From the NCBI GenBank assembly GCA_050084515.1, contig CM114271.1:7626001-7690000 (forward strand): 64,000 nt of DNA, in the 5' to 3' direction. Positions 36,666 through 48,821 of this stretch are shown in pieces. Below the pieces are notes generated by a model. The model was not told where the DNA came from and did not search any database. It saw only the letters and a list, made by a program, of their open reading frames with translations. This stretch comes from Blasia pusilla. Lineage: Eukaryota. The position numbers were made by a program, and so were the translations under genes. The first letter of the stretch is position 1, and each line of letters opens with the position of its first letter.

Positions 36666-39591
36666 CTAGCTGGCGCCATCTACGTTTGGCACATGACATG
36701 GCGCACATGGCGTACCATTGCGCACATGATCCTTCCAAACCATACCATCCGGTCCCTCCAACATGAGGACTCCGGTCGGTAATACCTCGTGCACACGTAG
36801 GATCGTGCGTTCTGTAGTGACATCTAGCGTCGTGGGTGCCGCCTGCTGTAAATACACGTAATCTCCAAGATCAAACCTCCTAATCCTCTGGACGATAAGT
36901 TCCTCCACGAATGGTCACGTACCTCAATGTATCTCTATGCTGAGCAATAGCTAAGTTCTCAAAGGCCATAGGCATAACTCTACAAAAAACCTCCGCCCTC
37001 TCAGAACATGCTTGTACCCACACATCTGGATCATCAAGATCTAACACCTCCGCCATGTCACGTCAAATGGCTGCAGGTAAACCTGGCTCTCTCCCAAAGA
37101 GCAAAAAGTATGGTGAAAATGACGTCAAGGATGCCTGCCGACTAAAGCGATAACCCATAGCCAACCATGGCAACTGTAGGTCCCACTCCCTCAACTGTCC
37201 CCGCTGCAAGCCATACTTGTGCAACCCTCTCTTCACCGTCTCTACCACTCTCCCCGCCAACCCATCCGCCTCAGGATGATCTCTGGACGTGGTGTGGTGA
37301 TCTATCAGCGCCTGATCACACAAGGCTTGAAACTCTCCAATGAACTCGGTACCCTGGTCAGTCAACACCTCTGCCGTTGCACCAAGGTGACTAAGCACAT
37401 GATCTAGAAACACATAAGATGTTCCCTCGCTCGCCTTGTCCGGTATTGCCACCAACTCTATCCACTTGGAGAAATGCTCCACCATGACCAACACGTACAT
37501 GTGATGACGCCCCGTCAATGGCAAAGGTCCCGCAAAGTCTTAACTCCACCGATAACCTAAACCCATAATCGGAAAAGGATGTAAGTGCGGAGTGGGAGCA
37601 TTGAAGGATGTTCGCACTCTGTCATATACCATACATCTGGCCATAAACTGCTGTACCCCAATATGCATGTCGCGCCACCAATACTGAACTTGGAGTAAGT
37701 TGTAAGTATGCTTTACTCCAAAATGTCCCAACTCCTCATGGGCATGTTGCACTACAGGTGCTCGCTAGGAAGGATGAGGTACCACTCATTTCCTACCATC
37801 TCCCCATACCCGCAAAATGTGAGTCCCCTCCCACCTGAACCTCCTCGCTCGCTGTAGGATCCAATCCTGCTCCCTAGCACTCACTATGCTTGCTTTGACG
37901 CCAGTGCGCAAGAACTCCACAACCTCCATGTCGTCATGGATATCACGACCACCTGTCGCCTCCTCACTGACCTCTGGATCCAAAGACTCATCATCCAACC
38001 CCACCACTAGAGTCATCACCTCTGGCTGACCTACCATAATCAACCAACAAAGATAGGCAGATGCATGCCACCCGGGCACCATCTCCTTATCACTCTCTTC
38101 GTGCCATCGAGCTCCTATGTGGTCTCTCTGACTTGGACGGGGGTTTTGACTCAACCCATCCACATCCCGGTTCAGCCAACCTGGCCTATGAACCACCTCA
38201 AACTCATACTCTTGTAGTAATAGAGCCCACCTAGCAAGCTTTCCCGTAAGCTTGTCGGACTCCATCAACCACCTCAGCGGCTGATGATCAGTGATAAGTG
38301 TGAAAGGGTTGCCAAATAAATAGCACCTAAAATGTGCCACGGCCCACACTGCAGCCAAGCACTCTCCATCGTAGGAGCTGTACTTTGCCTCTCTAATGTT
38401 GTTTGATTGGCTTGCGCAAGCCACCACCAACTCCCTCTCCTCGTCATCCCTTTGAGTAAGCACTACTCCTAGACCCAACATGCTCCAATCCGTATGTAGC
38501 TGGAATGGGTGACCCCTAATCGGTCTCTGTAAAATGGGTGAGGACATCAACCTGTCCTTGAGCTCTTGAAATGCTCGCTCCTGATCATCTCCCCACAACC
38601 AAACCTGATCAAGTCTCGTCAACAAGGTCAAAGACTTTGCGATCGCACTAAAACCCTTGACATACCGTCAATAGAAGTTTTCCAGTCCAAGAAATGCTCA
38701 GACTCGACTCACATCTCTAGGGCGTGGAATTTGCGCAATTTGAGCCTCTACCTTCATTTTCTGAAGGCCTTACCCACTTGGATATATGATGTGTCCCAAG
38801 TACTCAATCTGCTCCTGAAAGAATCTGCACTTGCCTGGATGTAACTTCAGTCCATGTAACTACAATTGCCAAAACACCTCCTTCAGGTGTCGCTCATGCT
38901 CCTCAACCGTGGAATTGAAGATAAGTATATCATCTATGTAACATCGTATAAAATCCAAGCTAGCTAGAATCGTATCCATCACTCTCTGAAACTTTGCAGG
39001 CACGTTTTTCAACCCAAATGGTTTTTATCCGACTCCCAACACCTTCACATCTCATGGTTAATCTAACCTCCACATATTGGACTTACAAGCTCGAAGCCGA
39101 TGATAGCTAGCACAGAGATCTAAAGAACTGAAGATCTTTGCATGCCCTACCGCATCAAAGATCTCCTGAGGAGTAGGCATGGCGTACCAATCTTACCTCG
39201 TCTGTCGATTGATAGGACGGTAATTTCCACACATCCGCCTATCTGTCCAATTGCCATACATATCCTTCTTCGCCGGCATGACTGTGGCTGATGCATACTC
39301 CCCATGTGATAACTTCACAAGTCCTGCCTCCAACAAGTCCTGACTCCTGTTCTGAATCAAGGCTCGCTCCATATCGAAATATCTTTAGGGTCGACGAAAG
39401 ATCGGCGTATCACTAGCCAACTCAATCCGTATCCCGTGACCCTTCAGCGTACCCAAGTCTCTCATACTAAAGGCAAAACAACTGACATGCCCTCTAAGAA
39501 ACCTATAAACTCGCCATTGCTCTCCTCCTATCAACTTGAGACCAATCACAGGCTCCCAAGTCTCCATCCTTACCTCACTCGGAGAGAACAC
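36666..39591 (-). pseudogene. Element B RT, RNase H and integrase
   Basis: IRIELASDTPIFRRP; CYIDDILIF (~38930); FQLHTDWS, YDGECLAAVWAV, ITDHQPL; HEELGHFG; VMVEHFSKW; VLTDQGTEF. Confidence 0.92.
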
Positions 39592-39849
39592 AACCTCCGG
39601 CTTTGGTTGCTATGTAACAACCCTAGCCACCTCCGCAACACCTACTCCACTCTAACCTCCTACACCATGCTCCACATCCAAAAAATGAACATGTCCTACT
39701 CTAGCGGCCTTTGCACTCTCTGCTCGAACAATGTTCCAAGAAGTCCATGGGTGTCTATCTCTCCTCGTCCCGCCCCCAGCCAATGCTTGTACGGACCCTG
39801 TAGGCAATGGTCCAACTCATGGACATGATGGCATGGATGACACTCGCAT

Positions 39850-40830
39850 CCGTCTCTGCTCAGCCATACCTAGGCTGACTATCCATGTGAGACACTTGAG
39901 GTCCATCGCCTCCCCCAACAGCTGTCTCCGGGATGCCTCAGTCATCCCTGGCACCGCCGTAGTACCAGTAGCGAACCCCATGGCGCGCTCACACTCATCT
40001 TCTGTAGGCTCCTCCAATGCTCGGGTCACCTCATCCCAAATCATGCCTGGCCCTCCCTGACGAAAGGCATGGGATGCTCGGAAGCTCATCAACGTAGGTA
40101 AGGCTGCCCTCAACTCCCCCACCCTATTAGCCATGGCCAATGGTAGTCTATCATCCCGTGTCACCACCTGAGATTGACGCCCTGAGCCCAAAATAGCATC
40201 CACTGTGAGATGTGGTGCTCTCTGGACTCCGTTGTATGCTCGACTCAGTACCTCTGATGGTATCATATTTTTCCACCACAGTCGTGGACGATGGGCACGT
40301 GACCCAACTCTCGCTGCATCTAACAACCCAGCACGTCGCAACGAGGACCTCACTTGATGCACACTCGTCATCACACGTGCACGAGTGTCTCCCAAAAATA
40401 GCACGTTCTCCAAAATGTACGCTGGAGAACATGTCAGACTCTCTTGCAAGTGTCGTACTACTCATAGTATCTCCCAAAACATCCCTGACCTCGCATCTTG
40501 CAATCCAAATCCTCAGCCAACTGACGAATGACCCTGACATGGCCATCCAGCAATCACCACATGAACGGTGCCAACTCTGTCCAGATCCTGCGCCCCCACC
40601 AAAGAGATGTCGGTGGGTAGTGTATGCTGATATCCCCGTACTTCAGATATCGGCAACAACTCATGATACCTCTTGACCAATCTTGCCACGTGACGTAATG
40701 ATACTTCCCGCGCGGTCTCATCTCTCTCCACATAAAGATACTGATGCACTCATATGCCCGCTTGCAATATTCTAGCCAATCCGGTGCTAATCCCTCCAAA
40801 GAGATCTAACACCCTAACACCCTCCTCTTG
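39850..40830 (-). pseudogene. DNMT3-like C5 cytosine methyltransferase of element B (most complete copy)
   Basis: Motif I VLDLFGGISTG; II YLYVERD; IV VIAGWPCQG; VI YILENV; VIII RAHRPRLWWKN; IX ECERAMGF; X RRQLLGEAM; at least one in-frame stop and one frameshift. Confidence 0.9.
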
Positions 40831-40965
40831 ACACTGCCACACAACGGGTGTGGTATCCAGTGGGATCAACGTCTCCACTCCAGGAGCCCGATCGCCACCT
40901 GACTCTTGCTGCTCCGGGATAAAGGCATGACTCCACGCCTGCCTCATGAGGTCGTCGGCACTCCT

Positions 40966-42010
40966 CTATAGCTCTCCAATCGTACTCCACAATGGTGAAG
41001 AGTTCTCGCCAACATGGGAAGAGACACCCGCCATGGCTTGTCTCTCCGTGGGACTATCCGCTACACAGACATCCTCCGCATGTGCGTTCCCCTCCAACAA
41101 GTCTCCAGGCCAGCTAGCACTACCTGTGAAAGCTGCCAACGTGATTACACACTCGCCTCGTGATCGACCACCTCGTCCCGCAAAGTGCACGGGTAACTGA
41201 CTCATCCGCCCGTCACTTGACCGCCACCGTGGCCGATAAGCAACGGTCTCCTCCCAAAAGTCAAGGATGAATCCTAGGGGATATAACACTGTACTCCCCA
41301 CCAACATATCATACGACTTAGCTGGTGTCGTAATCGCTTGTGTGCGCACCATAGCACTATCCATCGCATGCTCTGGCTAGACTCAGAAAACTATCTCCTC
41401 TTGAGTCATATACTGTGTGGGTGACACGCCCCCAATCGAGGTCTGTATCTGGAAGGGACAAGGCTCAATGTCCGCCTTCCGTAACCCCAACGCTAAACAT
41501 GCCGCCTTCCCTAACATCAAGGGTTGCGCTCTCGCATCAAGTAGGACGCGCTGTGGGTGGTATATTGTCCCCGTAGGATTAATCAAGCGAAATACTCCAG
41601 CTCGGCTATTCAGTAACACTACTCCAAGTGTCACCACTACTCGCTCTATGGCCGGTCGAGCTGGCATATCTACCAACTTTGCCGCCGCCGCATGCCATGA
41701 CTCTGTGGGAAACGTCCCAAGCACCGGCTCTAAGGGCAAGTCCACCACCTCGTCAACTACCTCTGAACAAGAAGCTATCACCACTCCATGCTCACACAAT
41801 GTGGCGGCAAGCCGAAACACCTCAGCTTGTCCAACTCCCAACGTCGCCAACTTTGTGGCAGAAAATAGCGGAGTTTGACTCACTCTGGTGGCCACCTCCA
41901 ACACTATGGTCGACACTGACTCCACTCGATCCAGCATAGGAGTTGTCACTCCAACTCCTCGTGATGTCAACGTACTTGCCTGAGCTATACACACCGCTGG
42001 TCGTCGAGGC
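40966..42010 (-). pseudogene. Element B gag-protease linker and aspartic protease-like domain
   Basis: RVLLDARAQPLML (paralog D: VLLDLGAQPLML) and SYDMLVG. Confidence 0.7.
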
Positions 42011-43926
42011 AGGGGGTTGGTATTCTGGCATGAAAGAGCAAGAGAGGAGAGTCTCTCTTCAAAAAAAAGGGCCAAATCTGCCTCCTCTCTTCAAAAAAAT
42101 TTGACATATTTGAAATTTTTGTTTCCTTTCAAATTCATGAAATCTTTAGAAGAGAGTAGGTAGTGGTCCACATTCGGGCCTAAAGAAACCTCCTTTTTCC
42201 AGTGGGCGGAAAAAAAGTAGACATCATAAGACCATTACAAACATTTTTCCATCACTCTCCATGTGAGCCTAAGTTTCTTAACATTTCTTGTCTCGCTCTA
42301 CAATAAGCAATGCCCATGGGTATTTTTGTTGGAGGACCACTGATGGATCTTGATCGATGCACGATGCCAACCTCTCTTTTTGCAGGGATTGTTGCCTGCA
42401 TCATGGCCTCCCCTAAATTGCCTCATAACCAACTTTCTCTTGGTTATGAATGGTGTCTGCTCAAGACCAACTTTGTGAGAATGTGAACACATTAGATGAT
42501 AATTGAACCAAAAGATTGTTAGATGTCTGGAGTAAAGAGGAGTTGATGTCCCTTCATTCAGATCCTAAATGTGAGAAACCGAGAAGCTGCACCCCTCCCA
42601 ACCCGTCGGAATTTTACAGGTTGCAACTCTTGCAATCCGTCGGAATCAGACGGCTTGCACCCCTTGCAAGCAAGCTCACCATAAGAAAGGAAAGATTTTG
42701 AGAAGTGATTCCATTCCACCCTGCACCCACAAAAATCCAACAGGTTGGGAATCCGAAATGGCAATCCGACAGGTAGTAGGAATCCTGCACATCTTAGACA
42801 AGAAAAGAAGCCTACAATAGGTTTGACAAATCTAGGGGAACGAGCCAAAAGTGAAGAAGCCAGCCACAATGCGTCAGAAGTTGGTCTCACAGGGAAAGAG
42901 TTCGATCACTCAAGCAGCTAACCTGTTGGAATCCGACACCTTGCCTGGAAATGGTTAAAAAGTTGCAGTGGTCAAAAAGTGAAAAGTTGCAACCCTTTGG
43001 AATCATACGGGTTGCAAAATTGTAATTCTGAGTAGCTAGAAGAGCACAATCCACAAGTCCAAAAACAATATTCAACAAACTTTTACAAACACCATTATCG
43101 GTTGAAAAAATCTCGTCCTTTATTACATCCGAAGGAATCTTGGAAATGTACATTTGACCTAGTCTATGATTTCTTCAACCTCGTCATCTACAAATATACT
43201 CCTAACTCTCCTAGGTTCATGTACAAAAGGAATGTCCTGGGATACAAGTGGCTCCTCTGGCCGATTGTAGACGGGGATCGAAAATGTTGGCAAATTCGAG
43301 AGCCTTGGCCCCCCCCTAGGAACACTGTAACGGTCCCATGTAACCTGATTTGAGTCCCACCGCCTTCCTTGGCAGTATATCTTGTACACTTTGCAATGTG
43401 ACACCCATCCAGTATCAATATGTGCTCCGTCCTTGGAAATACCATGATGGCAATCCAACAAGTAGTAGGAATCCAAGATGTCTTAGAGAAGAGAAGAAGC
43501 CTACGCCTTGTTTGACGATACTAGGGGAAGGTGCCAAAGTGAAGAAGCCCGCCAAAATGTCTCTAAAGAGTCCGAAAGAGTCCGATCACTCACGCAGCCA
43601 ACTTGTCGGAATCCGACTGGTTGCTTGGAAGTGGTTAAAAAGGTGCAGTGGTCAAAAAGTGAAAAGTTGCAAGCCGTGGAAATCCGGCGGGTTGCAAAAT
43701 AGAAGTCCTCGGAGTACATAGACGATCACATTCGACAAGACCAAAAAAGATATTCAACAAACTTTTACAAACACCATCATCGTTCGAAAAAATCTTGTCC
43801 TTTATTACATCCGAAAGAAGCTCGGAACTGTACATTTGATCTATTCTATGAAATATTTTGCCTCATCATCAAATAAATCCCTACTCCAAACGTTGCAGTC
43901 AAGCTGGGTCCTTGAGTTCTTTGAAC

Positions 43927-46900
43927 TCACTCATCATCATCCGAGAGCTCTTCCAAGATTACTGTCGGCCTTGCCCTCCCGATTTTTGGAATCGTGGGAA
44001 GTGACAATGGTGTCACTACCAATGGTGGGTCTGAAACCGGAGCTCTCGGCTTTGGAGGAGAGTTGTACGTCCCAACTAGCCTGTCATAATCTGCCTTTGC
44101 CTCCTTGCAAAGGTCAAACAGTTGCTGCCTTCCCTCAAGGCAAAGAATGTTCCTGCCACTCTGCAAGGCGCCCCTGATACTCGCCCCTGATACTCGCCCC
44201 TGAAAGGCCCACTAAGTCGAACACCAAGTCACCCGGCCTTGAGCAGAGCTCGATGAGCGTTTGCATCAGGGCTAGCGACTTTTCCCTTCCTCCAAGTAAT
44301 GGGGTACCGTCTTACATGAAAATTCCTCGGGGGGAATTGTATAAACTATCTAAGCTGTACCCATCGGAGCATGGATCCACAGGATCCAGGATCTTAAACA
44401 CCTGGAAGTTGTGCTCGGGCCGAACAAAGGAGTAAACATAGGAGTGTTCCATCTGTAAAGAAGCACGTTGGAAACAATGTCAGCAACAACAAAGAGCAAC
44501 TTGGCCATTGGTCTACTCTCAGTATGGTGATATAATGTGCAACACGTCCCCAAAGAACTTCGCTTAACCCCAGAGAACTTCTTTATAATCCTAACATTGG
44601 AGCAACCTGTCGGAGTCCGACGGGTTGTTTTACAAGTGGCTTGTGATTTTTTTGTCCATGAGCAACCCATCGGAAGGCGACAGGTTGCTGGCTTAAAGCA
44701 GCCCATGGTTGGCTAAGAGCAACCCGTCGCTTTCAGACGGATTGCAAACAGACCCAGCTCAAACAATCCGACGGGTTGCATGTAGAGATGCAACCCGTCA
44801 GAGAAAGATAATTTGGATACAAATTTAGAGCCCTTACCCGAATTTGACTCGTCACGGATCGGAGTGGGTACTCGTTCTTCATGACCCACGATTGCGCCGT
44901 CCTCCACTTGAGGGACCTCTTGACGTACTTGAGGTTGAAGAGCTCGTCCTTGCTCCCTCCAGTCAAAACTAAGAAATAGCCCCTGTCACTGAGATAAGCG
45001 TCTGCAAAGGAAAACAGGAGCACAATCTGGTCATAAGAAAGAGGGACATTCCAATCTGGGACCCCGTCGGACAGATTCTCGTCCCACAAGCGCAACACCG
45101 AGGGCAAATCAGCAACGAGGAGATCCACCACCACCTCTTCGACCTCCCCATGGACCGTCCAAGGAGTGTGGCCGTTTTGTTGAAGCATTCGTCCCAGGGT
45201 TGTCAATTTTTTGATGGTGGGTGTCGACGATTGGGAACTGAAACTTTTCAGCTCATCTTGAACATTTGTGCAGTGAAGGATGACGCTTGTCCGGGTCGTT
45301 GTTTCTCTATGTCTTCCCAAGGATGATGGAGTGTATTCCACATCCTGGTCTGCTCCTTGGGACAACCATGGCGCCTATCGCTTTCACTTCTCCCGAGTCT
45401 GCGGTCTCTATGACCTCAGACTCTGGTGGCGTTTTCTTTGCGGAGGACCTGGTCCGACCCTCTCTCTCTGCTCGCCCGAACGACTCCGGCTTTCGCCTTG
45501 AATCTCTAGCCTCTCTTTGGGAAGACTCGGCCTCGGAATTCTTCGATCCCCTTGCCTTGGCTTTGAGACCCGCTGTAGATTTGTCCTTGGCAATGACGAC
45601 CTTGGACACCAACTCCGCTGTCTCGAGGGCTTGCTCCTCCGTATCTCCTTCAAAAAAGTCTTCAAGCTGCACAAAATTGGGGATGTCGTCCCTACCTACG
45701 GCCACTGCATCATAGAGCAGGCGTAGATCTTTCTCAATTATGTCCTCAGGGTCGTTGAAGTCCAGCCAAATTGGGCAATTCTCCACCTCCCAATCGAACA
45801 TGCTTTGAGCCATCTCCATGTCGTACATGGAAATTGTCTCTCCATCAGGCAGAGAAGCCCACAATTTGCAAGCTGCCGGTATTTTTTGCCATGTACCTGC
45901 ATTCTTACAATGGACGAGGTACCTGAACACCATGCGTTGGGAAGCTCTTAGTCGAGATGCATCGGCCGCCTGCTCTTGAAGATCTCGCTTCTTCTTTGCG
46001 AAATCCTTTTTTTTCACCTCTATTTCTTCGTCAAGGTCTGCCTGAGGGAGGATGCGATCCTTGAACATTGTCCTGAAACATTTTTATGGGCTTGTCCCAC
46101 ATGTCATCAAGCCAAAGTTCAAAATTTTCAGCACTCTCCAAGTTTGCTTCCTCCGGAACTGGCTCTTTTCTTTTTAGCTCCGCTTGGAGACCCACGAGCA
46201 TGGACTTCCCGAGAAGCCGCAACGCGTCCCAGAATGACCATTCATGGAGCCAATGGGAGATCACTCGATCAGAGACACTCGGAGGATGGTGTGCCGCCCT
46301 CTTTTGGGCCTCTGTGCCCTCGAGACTGATTTTCATCAGTCGGATTCTCCTAAATTTGCTAATTCCAGACAAGGCAAATCGATGCACGCAATCGAGAGAC
46401 ACTTTCTCCCCAATCTGATTTGCGGATCTTCATCCCTCTTCCGCTGGCGCTTGATGATCGCCTTCAGCTCCTTGTAGAAATCGGGGCCAAGTTTGGGGTT
46501 AAGAATGGCGATGTAGCGCTGCATCTTGCTTGCCGTATACTTCGTAGCTATAAATACTGCAGCATGGATGAACTTTGCACGCTCAAACATAGACACTTTC
46601 TCCCTCCTCTCCAGCTCCAATGCACTCCTCTTCTTGGCGGCCTGTATCTTCGACCAGCAAAGGATTGTCACGGCTGCATCTTGGGAAATAAACTTATTTG
46701 CCCAAGTCTTTTTTTATATTTGATCACCCTTTGCCAGCATCTCATTTACAAGGGCGTCGCCCAAAACCCCTTGTACTCTGTCGGGTGCATCGTTAGCACT
46801 TTCTTCACCCTATCGCAATCCTTGATCCAGTGGTGGGTGACATTCCCCTCCGATACAATCCTGCACATCCAAACTCAATATTAGAAATTTTGCAAGGTAC

Positions 46901-48821
46901 ATGGGTTCCTGCAACCCGTCGGACTCCGACAGGTCGTTATTGCTCATGGTCGGAATGGAAGCAACGAGCTAAATTTTGCAACCCATCAGAATCCGACGGA
47001 TTGCATTCAGATTTGTGATTGCCTGGTTTCAACCCGTCGAACTCGGACGGGTTGTCAGATTATCTGTATTTAGAGAGTGGTTTCCGCGAGAAAAGTGAAC
47101 ATATCAACCCGTCGGAGTTCGACAGGTTGCGCAATTTCAATTAAAGTTGCAATTTGACCCAAAAAAATGTAGCTCCCCTACTTCGGAATGCAACTTGTCG
47201 GACTCCGACAAGTTGCTTTCAGCCAGAAACATCAAAAAACATCCCAAAACAGCTTCGAGTCAAGCAACCCGTTGGACTCTGACGAGTTTCTTTCTTCAAA
47301 AAACATCCAAAAATAGCGGTGAGTCGAGCAACTCATCGGACTCCAACGAGTTGCTTTCGGCCAAAAACATCCTAAACCAGTGATCAGTCGAGCAACTCGT
47401 CCGAGTCCGACGAGTTGCTTTTGGCCAAAAACATCCTAAACCAGAGATCAGTCGAGCAACTCGTCGGAGTCCGACGAGTTGCTTTCGGCCAAAAACATCC
47501 TTAACCAGTGATCAGTCGAGCAACTTGTTGAAGTCCGACGAGTTTCTTTTGGCCAAAAACATTCCAAAAATAGTGGGGACTCAAACAACTAGTCGGAGTC
47601 CGACGGTTTGCAGCAAGAGGAAACTTACGGCATGCATGGCCATCTCCACCGTCGCCATGTGGTGAGGGTATGGATGTAGCACCACTGCCTTCACCCAAAA
47701 ATGTGCCTCCAATGAGTTTGGGCGCTCCTCTGCAAACTGGGTCCACGCCATGAACCCGTGGTTTCCATCCCAGATGAAGAAATACAGGTTCCGCATCCAG
47801 CTGAATTCCGTCCCCTCTGTCGCCCTTCTGAATTCCTGATCACTCATCCTCCGGAATGTGTCGAGCGCTTCCAAGTCCTCCTCCATAACCAGCGCTTGGG
47901 TTCCAAGGTCATCGTAAGGCTGAACATAGAACGGAGGGAAGCTGTCGACGTAGGATGTTGTCGCTGCCGATTGTTTCAGCTTCGCAATATCCTCGTCAGA
48001 CTGAATTTCGCGGATGTACTCCATAGTTCGCAATCGGCAAAGTGGAATTCTCGGGGTGTATTGGCCCTCCATCAATGCCATCTGCTTTACCACCTATCAC
48101 AACGGGGACAAGGTCAATAAGCTACACTGAATTGCCAATGAATTGCAACATGGGCCTTCACATAATTCAATGAACACAGATCCTCTCTTACCCGCTCAAA
48201 GATTGGGTCGGTGTCTTGGCCAGCCAACTGCTCTGGGACAGCAACTGGCAAGTCCACTAGAAACTCGTCGATCCGATAGAGGTCAATTTCTTCCGCCGGG
48301 CTTAGGGACGAGGATGACTGCTCTGCTGCTTCTTCAGCGATGTCCACCATCTCCACGCTGGCGGTCCTCATGACCTCATTGTCCGTCACTTGAACTTCGG
48401 CCGTTTCCGCTATATTGATTGTGTCCCGGGACTTCATTGCGGACATTTCCTGCATCTCAACACTTTTGGTTGGACCGGCAAGGCTTTTTTCAATGGCAAT
48501 TTCTTTTTCCCTCCGAGCTTTTTCCAATTCTGCTCTCCTCACCGACGCCTCCAGACGCTTCTTTTCACGCTTTTTGTCGGCGACCCTTTTCTTCAAGGCC
48601 TGCGACGCCTCAGCATCTGCGTTCTATTTTTCGAGCGCCTCATTTACACGCTTTGCAAGAAGCTCCTGCTTGTGCATCTCCGCTTCCCTTTCCCGCTCCT
48701 CGATTTCTTGCTGCCTTATCTCATTGGCCGAACGAGGCCCTAGAGATGGTGAAGCAGAAGTCCTCATGGACTTGGGAGTGAAGCTCCCAGGCTTGTTTGC
48801 TTGAGATTTTTTCCTCGTCAT
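43927..48821 (-). pseudogene. Cargo gene copy 2 (ParB/Srx-like plus N4/N6 methyltransferase-like), multi-exon
   Basis: MTRKKSQANK start; FFIWDGNHG; VDLLVADLPSV...FADAYLSDRGYFLVL; ...QSGRNILCLEGRQQLF; GT donors near 47628 and 44837. Confidence 0.7.
47190..47615. repeat. Intronic tandem array of ~64-bp palindrome-containing units (about 7 copies)
   Basis: gagcaact recurs at 47326, 47390, 47454 and 47518. Confidence 0.9.

Noticed and set aside
35260-40830. Host DNMT3/DRM gene, or one element with two DNMT-pol cassettes
   Set aside because: No introns or host regulatory domains; embedded in pol; explained by nesting of B in C.
47190-47615. CRISPR-like look: palindromic ~27-bp repeat with ~36-bp spacers (also 9138-9285)
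   Set aside because: Spacers are near-identical to each other, there are no cas genes, and the array lies in a eukaryotic intron; it is a tandem repeat.
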